DNA from: a virus
Length of the DNA stretch: 64,000 bases
Reading direction: 5' to 3' (one strand)
Virus record (IMG/VR): IMGVR_UViG_3300027851_000016
Coordinates: 1 to 64,000 of that record
The notes under the pieces are model-generated. The model was not told the origin of the DNA. It worked only from the letters and a program-made list of their open reading frames with translations, and made no database searches. This document shows positions 9,170 to 18,985 of this stretch, piece after piece. A program made the position numbers and the translations under genes. Every line of letters starts with the position of its first letter. The first letter of the stretch is position 1.

Positions 9170-9829
9170 ATGGGTGACTTTGCTGACCTGCTTGGCAAGA
9201 CCAAGGGGTACGACGCGTTCGCCAAGAAGGAGGAGGAGTACGAGGAACGGGCGAAGAGCTTCGTCAACCGTCTCTGGCTCCCCGCCGACTCGTCCACCCG
9301 CATCGTGTTCTTGGACGACGACCCGCCCATCATCGAAGAGCACCAGGTCAAGATTGATGGGGACTGGCGGCACTGGTTTACGTGCCTGCGTATCCTGGGC
9401 GAGGCATGCCCCATCTGTGACGGCACAGACAACAAGCCATCGACGGTCGGGTTCTACACGGTAATCGACCTGGCTGAGTGGACCGACAAGCGCGGGGGCA
9501 CGCACAAGAACGAAGTGAAGTTGTTCCCTGCCAAGTTCAAGACGCTCCAGGTGCTGAAGAAGCTCTCGTCCAAGCGTGGGTCGCTCGAAGGAGCGATGTT
9601 CGAAGTGACGCGTACATCGTCGGACGCACCGAACACGGGGGACGTGTTCGACTACGAGCAGAAGCTGACGAAGGCCGAGATTCTGGAACTGAACCCTGAT
9701 GCGAAGCCGTTCGACTACGCGGAGATTCTGAAGCCACGTTCCGCTGCTGACATCCTGTCGGCGCTCAAGAAGGCGACCCGTACGAGTGCCTTGTCCGATG
9801 ACGATAGTGGTGAGCGTATCAGCTGGTAG
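9170..9829 (+). CDS. single-stranded DNA-binding protein (gp32-like, Zn-binding)
   Basis: RIVFLDD, H...FTC......CPIC, acidic C-terminus ending DDDSGERISW; adjacent to the polymerase. Confidence 0.65.
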   Translation: MGDFADLLGKTKGYDAFAKKEEEYEERAKSFVNRLWLPADSSTRIVFLDDDPPIIEEHQVKIDGDWRHWFTCLRILGEACPICDGTDNKPSTVGFYTVIDLAEWTDKRGGTHKNEVKLFPAKFKTLQVLKKLSSKRGSLEGAMFEVTRTSSDAPNTGDVFDYEQKLTKAEILELNPDAKPFDYAEILKPRSAADILSALKKATRTSALSDDDSGERISW

Positions 9830-9844
9830 TGGCCCGTATGCTTT

Positions 9845-9884
9845 TGCGGCCCTGGTAGGTGTCCAAGTACCTGCCAGGGCTGCA
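9845..9884 (+). terminator. stem-loop between SSB and PolA (terminator or attenuator candidate)
   Basis: TGCGGCCCTGGTAGGT...ACCTGCCAGGGCTGCA forms a 16-bp stem with G-U pairs; no U-tract. Confidence 0.4.
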
Positions 9885-9905
9885 TCAGCTTAGAAGGGGT
9901 GGCAG

Positions 9906-11750
9906 ATGATTGTCAGGACAGAACAGGAACTTGCCGAGGTGTTCAATGCACTGCAGGGTTCGAAGCGGTACTGCGTAGATGTTGAAACCGTTGACCGAGG
10001 GTACCCAGATGTGAAGTTGACGGGTATCGGTATTGGTTGGAGCACGCAGGATGGCGCGTACATCCCGACTGGGCACGTCGATGGCTCGCAGCTGCCAGAG
10101 GAACTGGTGCTGGAGCGACTGCGTACGTTTGCTGCTGAGAACCAGGACAAGCTCGTTGTGATGCACAACGCCAAGTACGACATGAAGGTCCTGAAGCTGC
10201 TTGGTGGCGTGGAGTTCGGGCCATTGATATTCGACACGATGGTTGCCTCGTGGCTCATCGACACCGAGGGCGAGCATGGCCTGAAGGCACTCGTGCGCAG
10301 GTACATGAACTACGCGATGACCGAGCTGGACGAGATAACGCCGAAGGAGAAGCACCTGGTCACTGGTGATTCCGTGTACCGCACCGACCTGGTGCCCATT
10401 GAGACCCTTGGCGCGTACGCTGCGGACGATGTGACGAAACCGCTTGCACTGATGGACATGTTCTTGCCAAGACTCGAAGCGGATGACCTGATGAAGGTGT
10501 TCGCAGAGTTGGAGATGCCCAAGGTGTCCATCTTGATGGACATGGAGATGGCTGGTGTGCGACTCGATGTTGAGACCCTGGAGCGAAGGGCGGCTGAGGC
10601 ACCTGGTGTGCTTGCAGAGATAGAGAAGCGGATGTACTCGCTGCGCCCGAATGGGGAGCCGTTCAACGCGGGTAGCACCAAGCAACTGAACGAGATTCTG
10701 TTCGGTGAGTTGGGCATCAGCCCGATTGGTGAGCCTGGTAAGACAGGTCTGTACAGCACTAGCAAGGCGAACATGGAGAAGTGGGAGGGGAAGTATCCGC
10801 TCGTCGCTGCGATTCTTGAGTACCGTCAGGTGTCGAAGTTGATGGGCACGTACCTGAAGGGCTTGAAGTTGCGGGTTGGGCCAGATGGTCGTATCCGCAC
10901 GAGGTTCAACCCGATTCTGACGACAGGCAGGCTCAGTTCGAGTCAGCCGAACCTGCAGAACATCCCGAGGCCCGACAATGACAAGTTCGGGCTGCGCGAG
11001 ATGTTCGTCGCGTCCCCTGGCAAGAAGCTGGTGGTCACCGACTACAGCCAGATTGAACTGAGGGTGCTCGCACACATCAGTAAGGACCCGCGCCTGACCG
11101 AAGCGTTCAAGAATGCCGAGGACCTGCACTCGGTGACGGCGAAGTTGCTCTTCGACCTGCCTGAGCCTGTCAGTGAGGTCAAGCACCTGCATGCCCATGA
11201 GCGGTCGATTGCCAAGACGTTCAACTTCGCAGTCGTCTACGAGGCTGGCCCGAAGGTGCTGGCTGCTGGGGCGAAGGTCTCTGAGACGAAGGCACGGGAA
11301 CTGCGCGACAAGTTCATGCAGAAGTATGTCGGTGTGAACGCATACATCGAGGCGATGCACGCCTACGCAAACAAGCATGGGTACGTCACGACTGTCACGG
11401 GACGGAGGCGGCACCTGCCTGATGCACAGCTGAGCGGTCGGTCGAGTCGTGAGCACGCACTGAAGAGTTCAGCCGAGCGGCAGGCATCGAACAGTCCGAT
11501 TCAGGGCAGTGCTGCGGACGTGCTGTTCATCGGTATGCGGAACATCAGGCGACGGCTTGAGGCCGAGGGCATTCTGGAGCGGGTAACGCTGGTGCTGCAG
11601 GTCCACGACGAAGTTGTGTATGAGGTAGATGAGGACATTGCCGAGTATGCGGCGCAGTTGGTGACCGAGGAGTTGGAGAGCGCAGTGCAGTTGCGTGTGC
11701 CTCTTGTTGCTGACACGGCCATCGGTATGCGCTGGTCGGATTGCAAATGA
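9906..11750 (+). CDS. polA: DNA polymerase family A with 3'-5' exonuclease
   Basis: DVET, HNAKYD and YAADD (exonuclease); TGRLSSSQPNLQNIP, DYSQIELR, RSIAKTFNF, IQGSAAD, QVHDE. Confidence 0.96.
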   Translation: MIVRTEQELAEVFNALQGSKRYCVDVETVDRGYPDVKLTGIGIGWSTQDGAYIPTGHVDGSQLPEELVLERLRTFAAENQDKLVVMHNAKYDMKVLKLLGGVEFGPLIFDTMVASWLIDTEGEHGLKALVRRYMNYAMTELDEITPKEKHLVTGDSVYRTDLVPIETLGAYAADDVTKPLALMDMFLPRLEADDLMKVFAELEMPKVSILMDMEMAGVRLDVETLERRAAEAPGVLAEIEKRMYSLRPNGEPFNAGSTKQLNEILFGELGISPIGEPGKTGLYSTSKANMEKWEGKYPLVAAILEYRQVSKLMGTYLKGLKLRVGPDGRIRTRFNPILTTGRLSSSQPNLQNIPRPDNDKFGLREMFVASPGKKLVVTDYSQIELRVLAHISKDPRLTEAFKNAEDLHSVTAKLLFDLPEPVSEVKHLHAHERSIAKTFNFAVVYEAGPKVLAAGAKVSETKARELRDKFMQKYVGVNAYIEAMHAYANKHGYVTTVTGRRRHLPDAQLSGRSSREHALKSSAERQASNSPIQGSAADVLFIGMRNIRRRLEAEGILERVTLVLQVHDEVVYEVDEDIAEYAAQLVTEELESAVQLRVPLVADTAIGMRWSDCK

Positions 11751-11853
11751 CACCCATCAATCGTGGCAGTAAGGCACGCAACAAGGCCGCTCAAACGCGC
11801 TACAAGGTTGCCACGATAGGCTCACAACCCTGCCCCACATCCGCCGTGAATGC

Positions 11854-11891
11854 TTGACACAGACTACGTTATATGCCACGATAGTAGTAGG
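11854..11891 (+). promoter_or_regulatory. sigma70-type promoter, GTTAT-box family
   Basis: TTGACA-17 bp (CAGACTACGTTATATGC)-CACGAT followed by AGTAGTAGG, in an intergenic gap. Confidence 0.75.
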
Positions 11892-11940
11892 GAACCATCC
11901 TGTACTTGACTTGCAGTAGATGTGAAGGAGATGGGGAGCG

Positions 11941-12330
11941 ATGCAGACGGTGCTGATTCGGAGTGTCACAGGGACTGAGGTACTGCAAGGTTTGCTGCGC
12001 GACCAGGGTGTGATGGTGTGCCACCGCAATGAGGACGGGTTCCGCACGTTCTTGATTCCAGATGCGCTGGACTTCGAGGACACGTTCTACCGTGCGATGG
12101 ATGTGCTGCATGAGCACGGCGTGCGGGTGTCCGCCACAGAGGTGCGGGTCGAGTACAAGGCACCTGGTGCACGTCGCAGGGTCAAGAAGGTCGAGTCGTT
12201 CTGCAACTGGAAGACCACGCATCTGCAGGCACGCCAGATAGCAGAGGTGACGGTGCAGTTCTTCCGTTACGCACGAGACGAGCAGAGAAGAGGACAGCAT
12301 GCGGCTGGGGAGCTGGCTGGAAATCGCTGA
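11941..12330 (+). CDS. hypothetical protein
   Basis: AAGGAG RBS downstream of the promoter. Confidence 0.6.
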   Translation: MQTVLIRSVTGTEVLQGLLRDQGVMVCHRNEDGFRTFLIPDALDFEDTFYRAMDVLHEHGVRVSATEVRVEYKAPGARRRVKKVESFCNWKTTHLQARQIAEVTVQFFRYARDEQRRGQHAAGELAGNR

Positions 12331-14716
12331 GTCTGACGACATCAGTTTCGAACGTCTGAAGGCTACGCTGGAGGTACCGAATCCCGAGTACCTGTCTGCA
12401 GTGCAGCAGGGGTTCAGCACGGCGGGTATGGCGCGGATGGACCCGTTGTACCAGGAGAGCCACAGGCAGGGCGAGCGGACACTGCTTGTCCCGCGTGCAC
12501 TTGTGAACCTGTACGGGCGTGGTAAGGACGTGGTGGACGAGCGGTCGGATGGATTCGACGCGGACATGCCGTTGAAGCTCGCACTGGGTCCCACTGACGA
12601 GCGTAAGGAAGACCAGACGGCGTTCGTGGATGCGGTCGTGAAAGCAGCGACTGCGCGTGCGGGTGCCATTGGGCAAGCGAGTCCTGGGTACGGGAAGCAG
12701 CAAGCCCTGGATTCGCTGCTTTGGACAGAGCAGGGTCTCTTGCTGATGGAAGACGTTCGGGTTGGAGACCGAATCTATGGTGCTGATGGCTTGCTGCACA
12801 CGGTCACAGGAGTGTTCCCGCAGGGGATGCAGAAGAGTTACCGCGTAACGTTCACAGATGGTTCCAGTGTTGAAGCGGGGATGGAGCATCTGTGGACTGT
12901 TCAGAGTGATAGGTCTCGTCGTCAGGGTGGGCGGTGGAAGACCAAGACGCTCCGAGACATCGTTGATTCGGGTCTAGTTAGTAGCGACGGGCATACGCGC
13001 TGGTATGTCCCGATGACACAGCCGATTCAGTTCCCGAAGCAGCTGTATGCGGTAGCTCCGTACGCGCTCGGGTGCTTGCTGGCGGACGGGTCGTTTGTTG
13101 GCGGGGTGTCCTGGTCTAACATGGAAGCTGATGTGCGTGAAAGGCTACAGGCTGCGCTACCTGATGGGTGCAGCCTAGGTGCACCAAGGCAGGGCAAAGA
13201 CCACTATGTTCGTGGGTTCATGCAGTATGCACGGATACTTGGGCTTGCAGGTGTACGGTCGTGGGAAAAGAGTGTGCCGAAGCAGTACTTGTACGGAGCT
13301 GTTGAGGACCGCCTTGCCTTGCTACGTGGTCTGTTCGATTGCGATGGGTCTGTGACCTGTGCAGGGAAGCAGCTGGAGTACACGACATCGTCGTGGCGGT
13401 TGGCGATGGACGTGCAGTTCCTCGTGGAGTCTCTAGGTGGGACTGCACGGAAGGCTAGGCGGACCACGAAGTACACGTACAAAGGTGAGAAGAAAGAAGG
13501 ACGGCCCAGCTATCGACTGACGTTGCTGCTGCCTGATGGATATGAGCCGTTCTCGTCTGAGAAGCACACTAGTAGGTACACGAAGACTGGAAGGTACCAG
13601 CCAAGGCGAGCAATCAAGTCAGTTGAGTACTCTGGGTTAAAGCCCATGCAGTGCATCAGTGTAGACGCACCTGACCAGTTGTACTTGACCGACCATTGCA
13701 TCGTGACGCACAACACGCTGTGTGCGCTCGCCGCTGCTGCCAAGCTGGGCAGGACGACAGCTGTGTTGGTACACAAGTCGTTCCTGATGAACCAGTGGGT
13801 CGAGCGCATTGAGCAAGCACTGGACATCGACCCGAGGGACATAGGGTTCGTCCAGCAGGACCGCTGTGAGTTCCGTGGGAAGAAGATAGTCCTGCTGATG
13901 GCTCAGTCGCTGCTCGCCCGTGAGTACGACCCTGACCTGTACACGTACTTCGGAACCGTGGTTGTGGACGAGGTGCACCGATTCGGTGCGGTCGAGTTCC
14001 GCAAGGTGATTACGAAGTTCCCAGCGAAGTACCGTATCGGCGTGACGGCGACCCCTGACAGACGTGACGGGCTGCAGGAGGTGTTCTTCAAGCACATCGG
14101 TGAGATTGCCCATGTCGGGTCAGTCCCGAGTCTGAAGGCCCGTGTGAAGTTCGTCACTGCGAAGATGGCCGTGACTGACTCGATGTTGCGTGGCATGACT
14201 TCACGGCGGCAGGGCGGGCGGCGGGTCTTCGACCTGAACAAGGTGACCCAGTACGTCGTGGACTGTGAGACGCGGAACCGCCAGATAGTGAAGTTGCTCT
14301 ACGATGCCTTGCGTGCTGGGCGGAAGGTCCTCGTCCTGTCGTCGCGCCGTGAGCATCTGACAGTGATTGCTGACCTGTTTGATGCAGAGATGCCCAAACA
14401 GCATGCGCGGTACTCGCACGGCTACTACGTTGGTGGGATGGCAGAGCGCGACCTGCGTATCACGGCAACACGTCCACTTATCCTGGCGACGTTCCAGATG
14501 GCACAGGAGGGGTTGGACATACCCGACCTTGACACGCTGTTCCTAGTGACCCCGAAGGGCGACATAGTGCAGGCAGTCGGACGTATCCTGCGTCAGCACT
14601 CCGAGAAGCGACCACCGCTGGTAATCGACTTCGTAGAGCCTCAGATTCCGATGTCCGCTAGTCTCATGCGAAAGCGGGCAGGGATGTATCGTGAGATGGG
14701 GTGTATCCTTGACTAG
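12299..14716 (+). CDS. SF2 helicase (UvsW/XPB-like) containing an intein
   Basis: Walker A ASPGYGK|T split by the intein; VVVDEVH, GVTATPDRRDG, QEGLDIPDLD, QAVGRILR. Confidence 0.92.
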   Translation: MRLGSWLEIAESDDISFERLKATLEVPNPEYLSAVQQGFSTAGMARMDPLYQESHRQGERTLLVPRALVNLYGRGKDVVDERSDGFDADMPLKLALGPTDERKEDQTAFVDAVVKAATARAGAIGQASPGYGKQQALDSLLWTEQGLLLMEDVRVGDRIYGADGLLHTVTGVFPQGMQKSYRVTFTDGSSVEAGMEHLWTVQSDRSRRQGGRWKTKTLRDIVDSGLVSSDGHTRWYVPMTQPIQFPKQLYAVAPYALGCLLADGSFVGGVSWSNMEADVRERLQAALPDGCSLGAPRQGKDHYVRGFMQYARILGLAGVRSWEKSVPKQYLYGAVEDRLALLRGLFDCDGSVTCAGKQLEYTTSSWRLAMDVQFLVESLGGTARKARRTTKYTYKGEKKEGRPSYRLTLLLPDGYEPFSSEKHTSRYTKTGRYQPRRAIKSVEYSGLKPMQCISVDAPDQLYLTDHCIVTHNTLCALAAAAKLGRTTAVLVHKSFLMNQWVERIEQALDIDPRDIGFVQQDRCEFRGKKIVLLMAQSLLAREYDPDLYTYFGTVVVDEVHRFGAVEFRKVITKFPAKYRIGVTATPDRRDGLQEVFFKHIGEIAHVGSVPSLKARVKFVTAKMAVTDSMLRGMTSRRQGGRRVFDLNKVTQYVVDCETRNRQIVKLLYDALRAGRKVLVLSSRREHLTVIADLFDAEMPKQHARYSHGYYVGGMAERDLRITATRPLILATFQMAQEGLDIPDLDTLFLVTPKGDIVQAVGRILRQHSEKRPPLVIDFVEPQIPMSASLMRKRAGMYREMGCILD
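12698..13714 (+). mobile_element. class-3-type intein with LAGLIDADG homing endonuclease (339 aa, Gln1...His-Asn, +1 Thr)
   Basis: Begins QQALDSLLWT; block B EHLWTV; LGCLLADGS and LRGLFDCDGS; block F MQCISV; ends VTHN before T. Confidence 0.9.
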
Positions 14717-14721
14717 ACCAC

Positions 14722-14759
14722 TTGACAAAGATACTGTTATACGTCAGTATGATAGTAGG
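14722..14759 (+). promoter_or_regulatory. sigma70-type promoter, GTTAT-box family
   Basis: TTGACA-17 bp (AAGATACTGTTATACGT)-CAGTAT followed by GATAGTAGG. Confidence 0.75.
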
Positions 14760-14831
14760 AACCTTGACAATCGGATACTGACCCTCACCCCGCCCTTGTA
14801 CTGAGGCACGCGCGGACAAGGAGATGGGGAT

Positions 14832-15125
14832 ATGGCAATCACGAACAGCGAGTTCACGCAGGAGCAGGTCGATGCAGCGGTCGGGTATGAAGCGGCTGAG
14901 GCAGAGTTCATCGAAGGAAAGAAGACCTGGCTCTACAAGGGAAAGCCGCAGGTGAAGAAGACCCAGAAAGAGGCGTACGCAATAGGTGAGGCGAAGCTAC
15001 GTGCCGCTGATGACCGATGCAGGGAGGTAGGCATCGACTGGATGGAGTACCTCGGAGACGGGAAGTACAGATGGGATTTCGCGGAGATTGTTCAGGCCGC
15101 GATTGAGGCTGGCAAGGTCACGTAG
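14832..15125 (+). CDS. hypothetical protein
   Basis: AAGGAG RBS. Confidence 0.65.
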   Translation: MAITNSEFTQEQVDAAVGYEAAEAEFIEGKKTWLYKGKPQVKKTQKEAYAIGEAKLRAADDRCREVGIDWMEYLGDGKYRWDFAEIVQAAIEAGKVT

Positions 15126-15181
15126 AGCAAGGTGGGTGAGGGTCGGTCCGATTGTCACTGATGTGTACTGAGGAGGATGAG

Positions 15182-15880
15182 ATGAGCAAGGTACAGGATG
15201 GTGCGTTGGAGATGGATGCCGAGGCTTGCAGCGCGATGGTGCTCATGAGCGCGTCGGCTTCGACAGTGGTGGAGCGAGCGGACATGCTGGCAACAGTGCT
15301 CGACCAGTTGCCTGCACTGCCCACGGAGGACCTGGTGTCTGGATTCGTCCAGGTGGAGCGGGCATCCAAGATGCTGTCCACGTTTACCGATGCGGTAAAG
15401 AAGGAACTCGTCACGAACGCCAAGAAGGACGTGCCCGCGAGCGGACGGTTCTTTGCGGAGGATGCCGAGGTGGACGAGAAGGGGCATCGGTATCTGATTG
15501 GTGCCAATGGTGAGCGACTGCAGGCACAGAAGCGGGTCAGTACGTCATTCGATGTCGAGAAGGCTGCTGCACTACTGCGGGAACTCGGTCTGTGGGAGCA
15601 GGGCACCGAGAAGGTAGAGCATGTGGCACCCATCGAGGAGGTCAAGCAGACCCACGATGAACTGCTGCGGCTCGTGGACGAGTCAGCGACGTTCGACTGT
15701 GCTGAGTCCCACAGGGAGTTCGAGCGCCTCGTCGGTTCGTTGATTCATGTCGCCCAGGGTCCGTCAGAGACGAAGGTCGAGGCGCTGGTGACACTTGGTC
15801 TGCTCCCAGTTGCACGGGTCAATGAACTGATGACCACGACCATCACGTACGCGGTGATTCCACCGAAGGCAAAGAAGTGA
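15182..15880 (+). CDS. hypothetical protein
   Basis: GAGGAGG RBS before ATG 15182; codon usage like neighbouring genes. Confidence 0.65.
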   Translation: MSKVQDGALEMDAEACSAMVLMSASASTVVERADMLATVLDQLPALPTEDLVSGFVQVERASKMLSTFTDAVKKELVTNAKKDVPASGRFFAEDAEVDEKGHRYLIGANGERLQAQKRVSTSFDVEKAAALLRELGLWEQGTEKVEHVAPIEEVKQTHDELLRLVDESATFDCAESHREFERLVGSLIHVAQGPSETKVEALVTLGLLPVARVNELMTTTITYAVIPPKAKK

Positions 15881-15913
15881 TGTGTGCAGGATGTTGGTGC
15901 TTGGAGGCATCTG

Positions 15914-16174
15914 ATGAGTCTGCTTGAGTTCTCGATAATCGGCTCGGACGTGCGGCATGCTGACCGCTACAGTGGGGGGTCGTTGCACTCGTCGCTATGC
16001 TCTGTCGCACACGTGGCTGCGTCTAGCAAGCAGCTGGACACGCAGGAGCACACGGAGGCCAAGCGGCCATGCAAGAACTGCCTAGCAGTGCTGCGTGCGG
16101 AGTACAACAGACAGTTCGACGTTCTCACAGAGGTCGGCCTCGACTTCCAGAAGTTCCGAAGGGGTGACATCTGA
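15914..16174 (+). CDS. hypothetical protein
   Basis: GGAGG RBS; CxxC. Confidence 0.5.
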   Translation: MSLLEFSIIGSDVRHADRYSGGSLHSSLCSVAHVAASSKQLDTQEHTEAKRPCKNCLAVLRAEYNRQFDVLTEVGLDFQKFRRGDI

Positions 16175-16380
16175 TGAAGCCTGCCGTTGAGGACATGTTG
16201 CGCAAGGCGACCAAGGAACAGTTGACCGACGCGCTCCTGTCAGCGTGCCAGGAACTAGCTGTGCAGCTTGAGGAGTACGACATGCTCTACGGAGACGGAG
16301 AGAAGTACATCGCTGCAGGCAGTTTGAACAATCAGGTACTGAAGCATCTGAAGTACCCCGATACAGTAGTGGGGGGCTGA
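16174..16380 (+). CDS. hypothetical protein
   Basis: TGATG overlap. Confidence 0.5.
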   Translation: MKPAVEDMLRKATKEQLTDALLSACQELAVQLEEYDMLYGDGEKYIAAGSLNNQVLKHLKYPDTVVGG

Positions 16381-16381
16381 G

Positions 16382-16831
16382 ATGGCACGTAGGAAAGCAC
16401 CGAGTGCAGCCGAGGGGAAGCGGTTCGGTACAACGACCATCACGCCTGAGAAGTCACAGTTCGACATCCAGGGCGTGCTCACGAAATACGGCGTGGAGGC
16501 GAGTCAGTGGACCATGCTGGCTGACCGCTGGGTGCTGCGGTTCCGACTGAACGAGCGGAACTACCTGTTCACGATTCGGAAGGACGAGAACGACCCACAG
16601 GAGGTCCGCCGCCTGTTCCGTGTACTGTTCTGGTACTTGGACACGCTGTTGGCAGCGTTTGACTCCGACCTGTTCACACCTGAGAAGGTGCTGTTGGCCT
16701 TCGCAGAGGTTGCCCCTGATGTGACGATGCACGAGGCGATGGAGAGTTCGAACGGGTACGCAGGGCTGCGCACTGCTCTCGGTGGTGCACCGTTGATGTT
16801 GGAGGCTGGGAATGCGCGAGTTTCCGATTAG
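16382..16831 (+). CDS. hypothetical phage protein
   Basis: Tightly packed 149-aa ORF. Confidence 0.6.
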   Translation: MARRKAPSAAEGKRFGTTTITPEKSQFDIQGVLTKYGVEASQWTMLADRWVLRFRLNERNYLFTIRKDENDPQEVRRLFRVLFWYLDTLLAAFDSDLFTPEKVLLAFAEVAPDVTMHEAMESSNGYAGLRTALGGAPLMLEAGNARVSD

Positions 16832-17003
16832 CGACTTCGACAGGCAGAACGTCAAAGCGATTCTGAACGGGCATGGCGACTGGTTCGGTGCCGACCTGCT
16901 GCGGCTCATTGCCCGAGCAGACTCAGAGAATCGTGAGCGGCTGCGGTTGGCGTTCCCCTCACATGTCGAGGCGTATGAGGCGTGGATGCGCGGGCCGGAG
17001 TAG
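16812..17003 (+). CDS. hypothetical protein
   Basis: GGAGG RBS; LIARADSENRERLRLAFP motif common in small phage proteins. Confidence 0.55.
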   Translation: MREFPISDFDRQNVKAILNGHGDWFGADLLRLIARADSENRERLRLAFPSHVEAYEAWMRGPE

Positions 17004-17235
17004 GTTCGCATGATAGTGCTGCAGGTAGACAGGTACATCGAGGCGGTGGAAGAGCGGCTGCTCAGCACTGGGTACTTCGCACGAAGGTGTGTGCCCCCAC
17101 CGCCAGAGGGTTTCGGTGTTGTTGAGCCTGCACCGAGGCACGTGTGTAAGTGTGGTACTCCGTCGGTGCACACACGATGCAACCCCTGCAATCGTGCGTA
17201 CCAGAAGGAGTACAGGAGGCGGAAGAAGGAGCAAG

Positions 17236-18081
17236 ATGGCAGACGAGGCGACTGAGAGTAAGTCCACGTTCGATTACAAGGCGTGGTATGAGGCGAACAA
17301 GGCGGAAGTTGCCGAGCGCAGGAACAAGAAGTATGCGGATGATGCCGAGTACCGAGAGAAGCGCAAGGAAGAGGCTGTGCGGTACTACTGGCTGCATCAG
17401 CGCCGTGCGTCGAAGTTGGAGGCACCCCTGCCGTACGAGCGCCTGGAGCTGGTGCCCGACAGCAGTGTCAGGGTCGAGGTAGAGAATGCGCAGGACGTGC
17501 GGCACGGCATGGAGTTCGAAGTGCCCGTGTTCCTCCCGCGCACGGTGGCGGGCGTGCTTGGTCGGAGCACCCAGACGATGCGTCTGTGGTTCCTGCATGG
17601 CTACCTGGCTGATGTGTTCATGCGGAATGCTCGGAATGCCCGTCTGTACACGGAGGACCAGGTGCGCGTGTTTGTCGAGCATCGGCACTGGCTCGGGTTC
17701 AGTGTGCAGGACTTCTCGAAGCACCCGTTCTTCACGCTTGTGAACGAGCGATGCGCTCAGATGCCCGATGCGATTGAGCCGATGTCGCGTGATGAGTGGC
17801 GGCTGGTACCCGATGCCTGTCCGTTCTGCGGGGCGGAACCTGCACTGCAGCGGCTCGTTGATGGGGAGTGGAGAGACGTGAACTGCTTCAAGTGTCTGCA
17901 CCCGCTGAACTGGCGTGACCGACAGAGGATGCGGGTGTTCCTTGTTGAGGGTGCCTGTGGAGCCTGTGGGTACCTGAATGAGGTCGAAGCAGAGGCGGTG
18001 GACGCCTCGAAGGTGCGTGTCATGTGCGAGAAGTGTGGGCGTCCGCTGAGTGGTTTCACAACGACGGAGGTATCGAGCTAG
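17236..18081 (+). CDS. putative DNA-binding regulator (MerR-like HTH plus two Zn ribbons)
   Basis: AAGGAG RBS; TVAGVLGRSTQTMRLW...RNARLYTEDQV; CPFC/CFKC and CGAC/CEKC. Confidence 0.55.
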   Translation: MADEATESKSTFDYKAWYEANKAEVAERRNKKYADDAEYREKRKEEAVRYYWLHQRRASKLEAPLPYERLELVPDSSVRVEVENAQDVRHGMEFEVPVFLPRTVAGVLGRSTQTMRLWFLHGYLADVFMRNARNARLYTEDQVRVFVEHRHWLGFSVQDFSKHPFFTLVNERCAQMPDAIEPMSRDEWRLVPDACPFCGAEPALQRLVDGEWRDVNCFKCLHPLNWRDRQRMRVFLVEGACGACGYLNEVEAEAVDASKVRVMCEKCGRPLSGFTTTEVSS

Positions 18082-18086
18082 AGGGC

Positions 18087-18124
18087 TTGATACAGACTTC
18101 GTTATATGCTACGATGATGGTAGG
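18087..18124 (+). promoter_or_regulatory. sigma70-type promoter, GTTAT-box family
   Basis: TTGATA-17 bp (CAGACTTCGTTATATGC)-TACGAT followed by GATGGTAGG. Confidence 0.75.
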
Positions 18125-18156
18125 TCCAATCCAGACGTGTACGAGAGGAGTGCGTG

Positions 18157-18465
18157 ATGGCGGAAGCGAAGCACAATGGAAAGATGTGGGTGGCGGCCCA
18201 GTTCCTGAAGTATGGGAAGCCAGTCGGGGAGGAGATGCACGACGAGGAGATGATTCTCGTTGACGCACTCGACACAGACCCCGCGACGGCAACGACGAAG
18301 GTCGGGTTCACGAAGAACCTGGGGAACTTCGAATCGCTGCGCGTGGATGCGGGCGTGACCGTCCCCTGCTACAAGGAAGAGCTGGATGGCGCGATGGAGT
18401 TCGGTTTCAAGATGGCCGAGCGGCTCGTGTTCGACAAGGTGAAGGAACTGGCGGGGGGTATGTAG
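18157..18465 (+). CDS. conserved phage protein (TKNLGNFESLRVD motif)
   Basis: GAGGAG RBS; motif recurrent in phage proteins. Confidence 0.65.
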   Translation: MAEAKHNGKMWVAAQFLKYGKPVGEEMHDEEMILVDALDTDPATATTKVGFTKNLGNFESLRVDAGVTVPCYKEELDGAMEFGFKMAERLVFDKVKELAGGM

Positions 18466-18640
18466 CCGTGGATGCTGCGCAGTGGCGCGAACTGGCGGCA
18501 CGTGTGGTGCAGATGCGTCGGCTTCTGAACGCCGTAGCTGATGGTGCACTCGACAGAGATGGGTTTGTGCCCCTGGATTTGCTTGCAGCACGTAGCGAGT
18601 TGGAGCAGGTGTCTGTGGTGCTAGCAGAGGCGCGTGAAGC

Positions 18641-18985
18641 ATGCCTGTCGTCTTGATTCAGTATGAGGATGGCACGGAACGGCGTGTTGGTGTGCTCGAA
18701 GGGGACACGCTCACGTGCGCTCGCACAGTCAGCAAGCATCTGTACCGCATGGGCCGCGAGACGGTCGAACAGGCACGGGCGGAGGGCGCGTCGGCCTGGG
18801 GTCTCGATTGCAAGGTCTGTGACGGGCTGCTTGAGAACGGGTGCAAGTGGCTCGTGCTCAAGGTTGGAGGGCACCGCTACCGCTGTGCTCTTGCCGACAT
18901 GAAGCGGGATGGAATAGTCCTGCACATCAAGCCGCACCGTGCGCAGTACTTCTTGTCTGAGAAGCGATTCGAAAAGGTGGACTGA
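18641..18985 (+). CDS. hypothetical protein
   Basis: Packed ORF ending in a TGATG overlap. Confidence 0.55.
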   Translation: MPVVLIQYEDGTERRVGVLEGDTLTCARTVSKHLYRMGRETVEQARAEGASAWGLDCKVCDGLLENGCKWLVLKVGGHRYRCALADMKRDGIVLHIKPHRAQYFLSEKRFEKVD

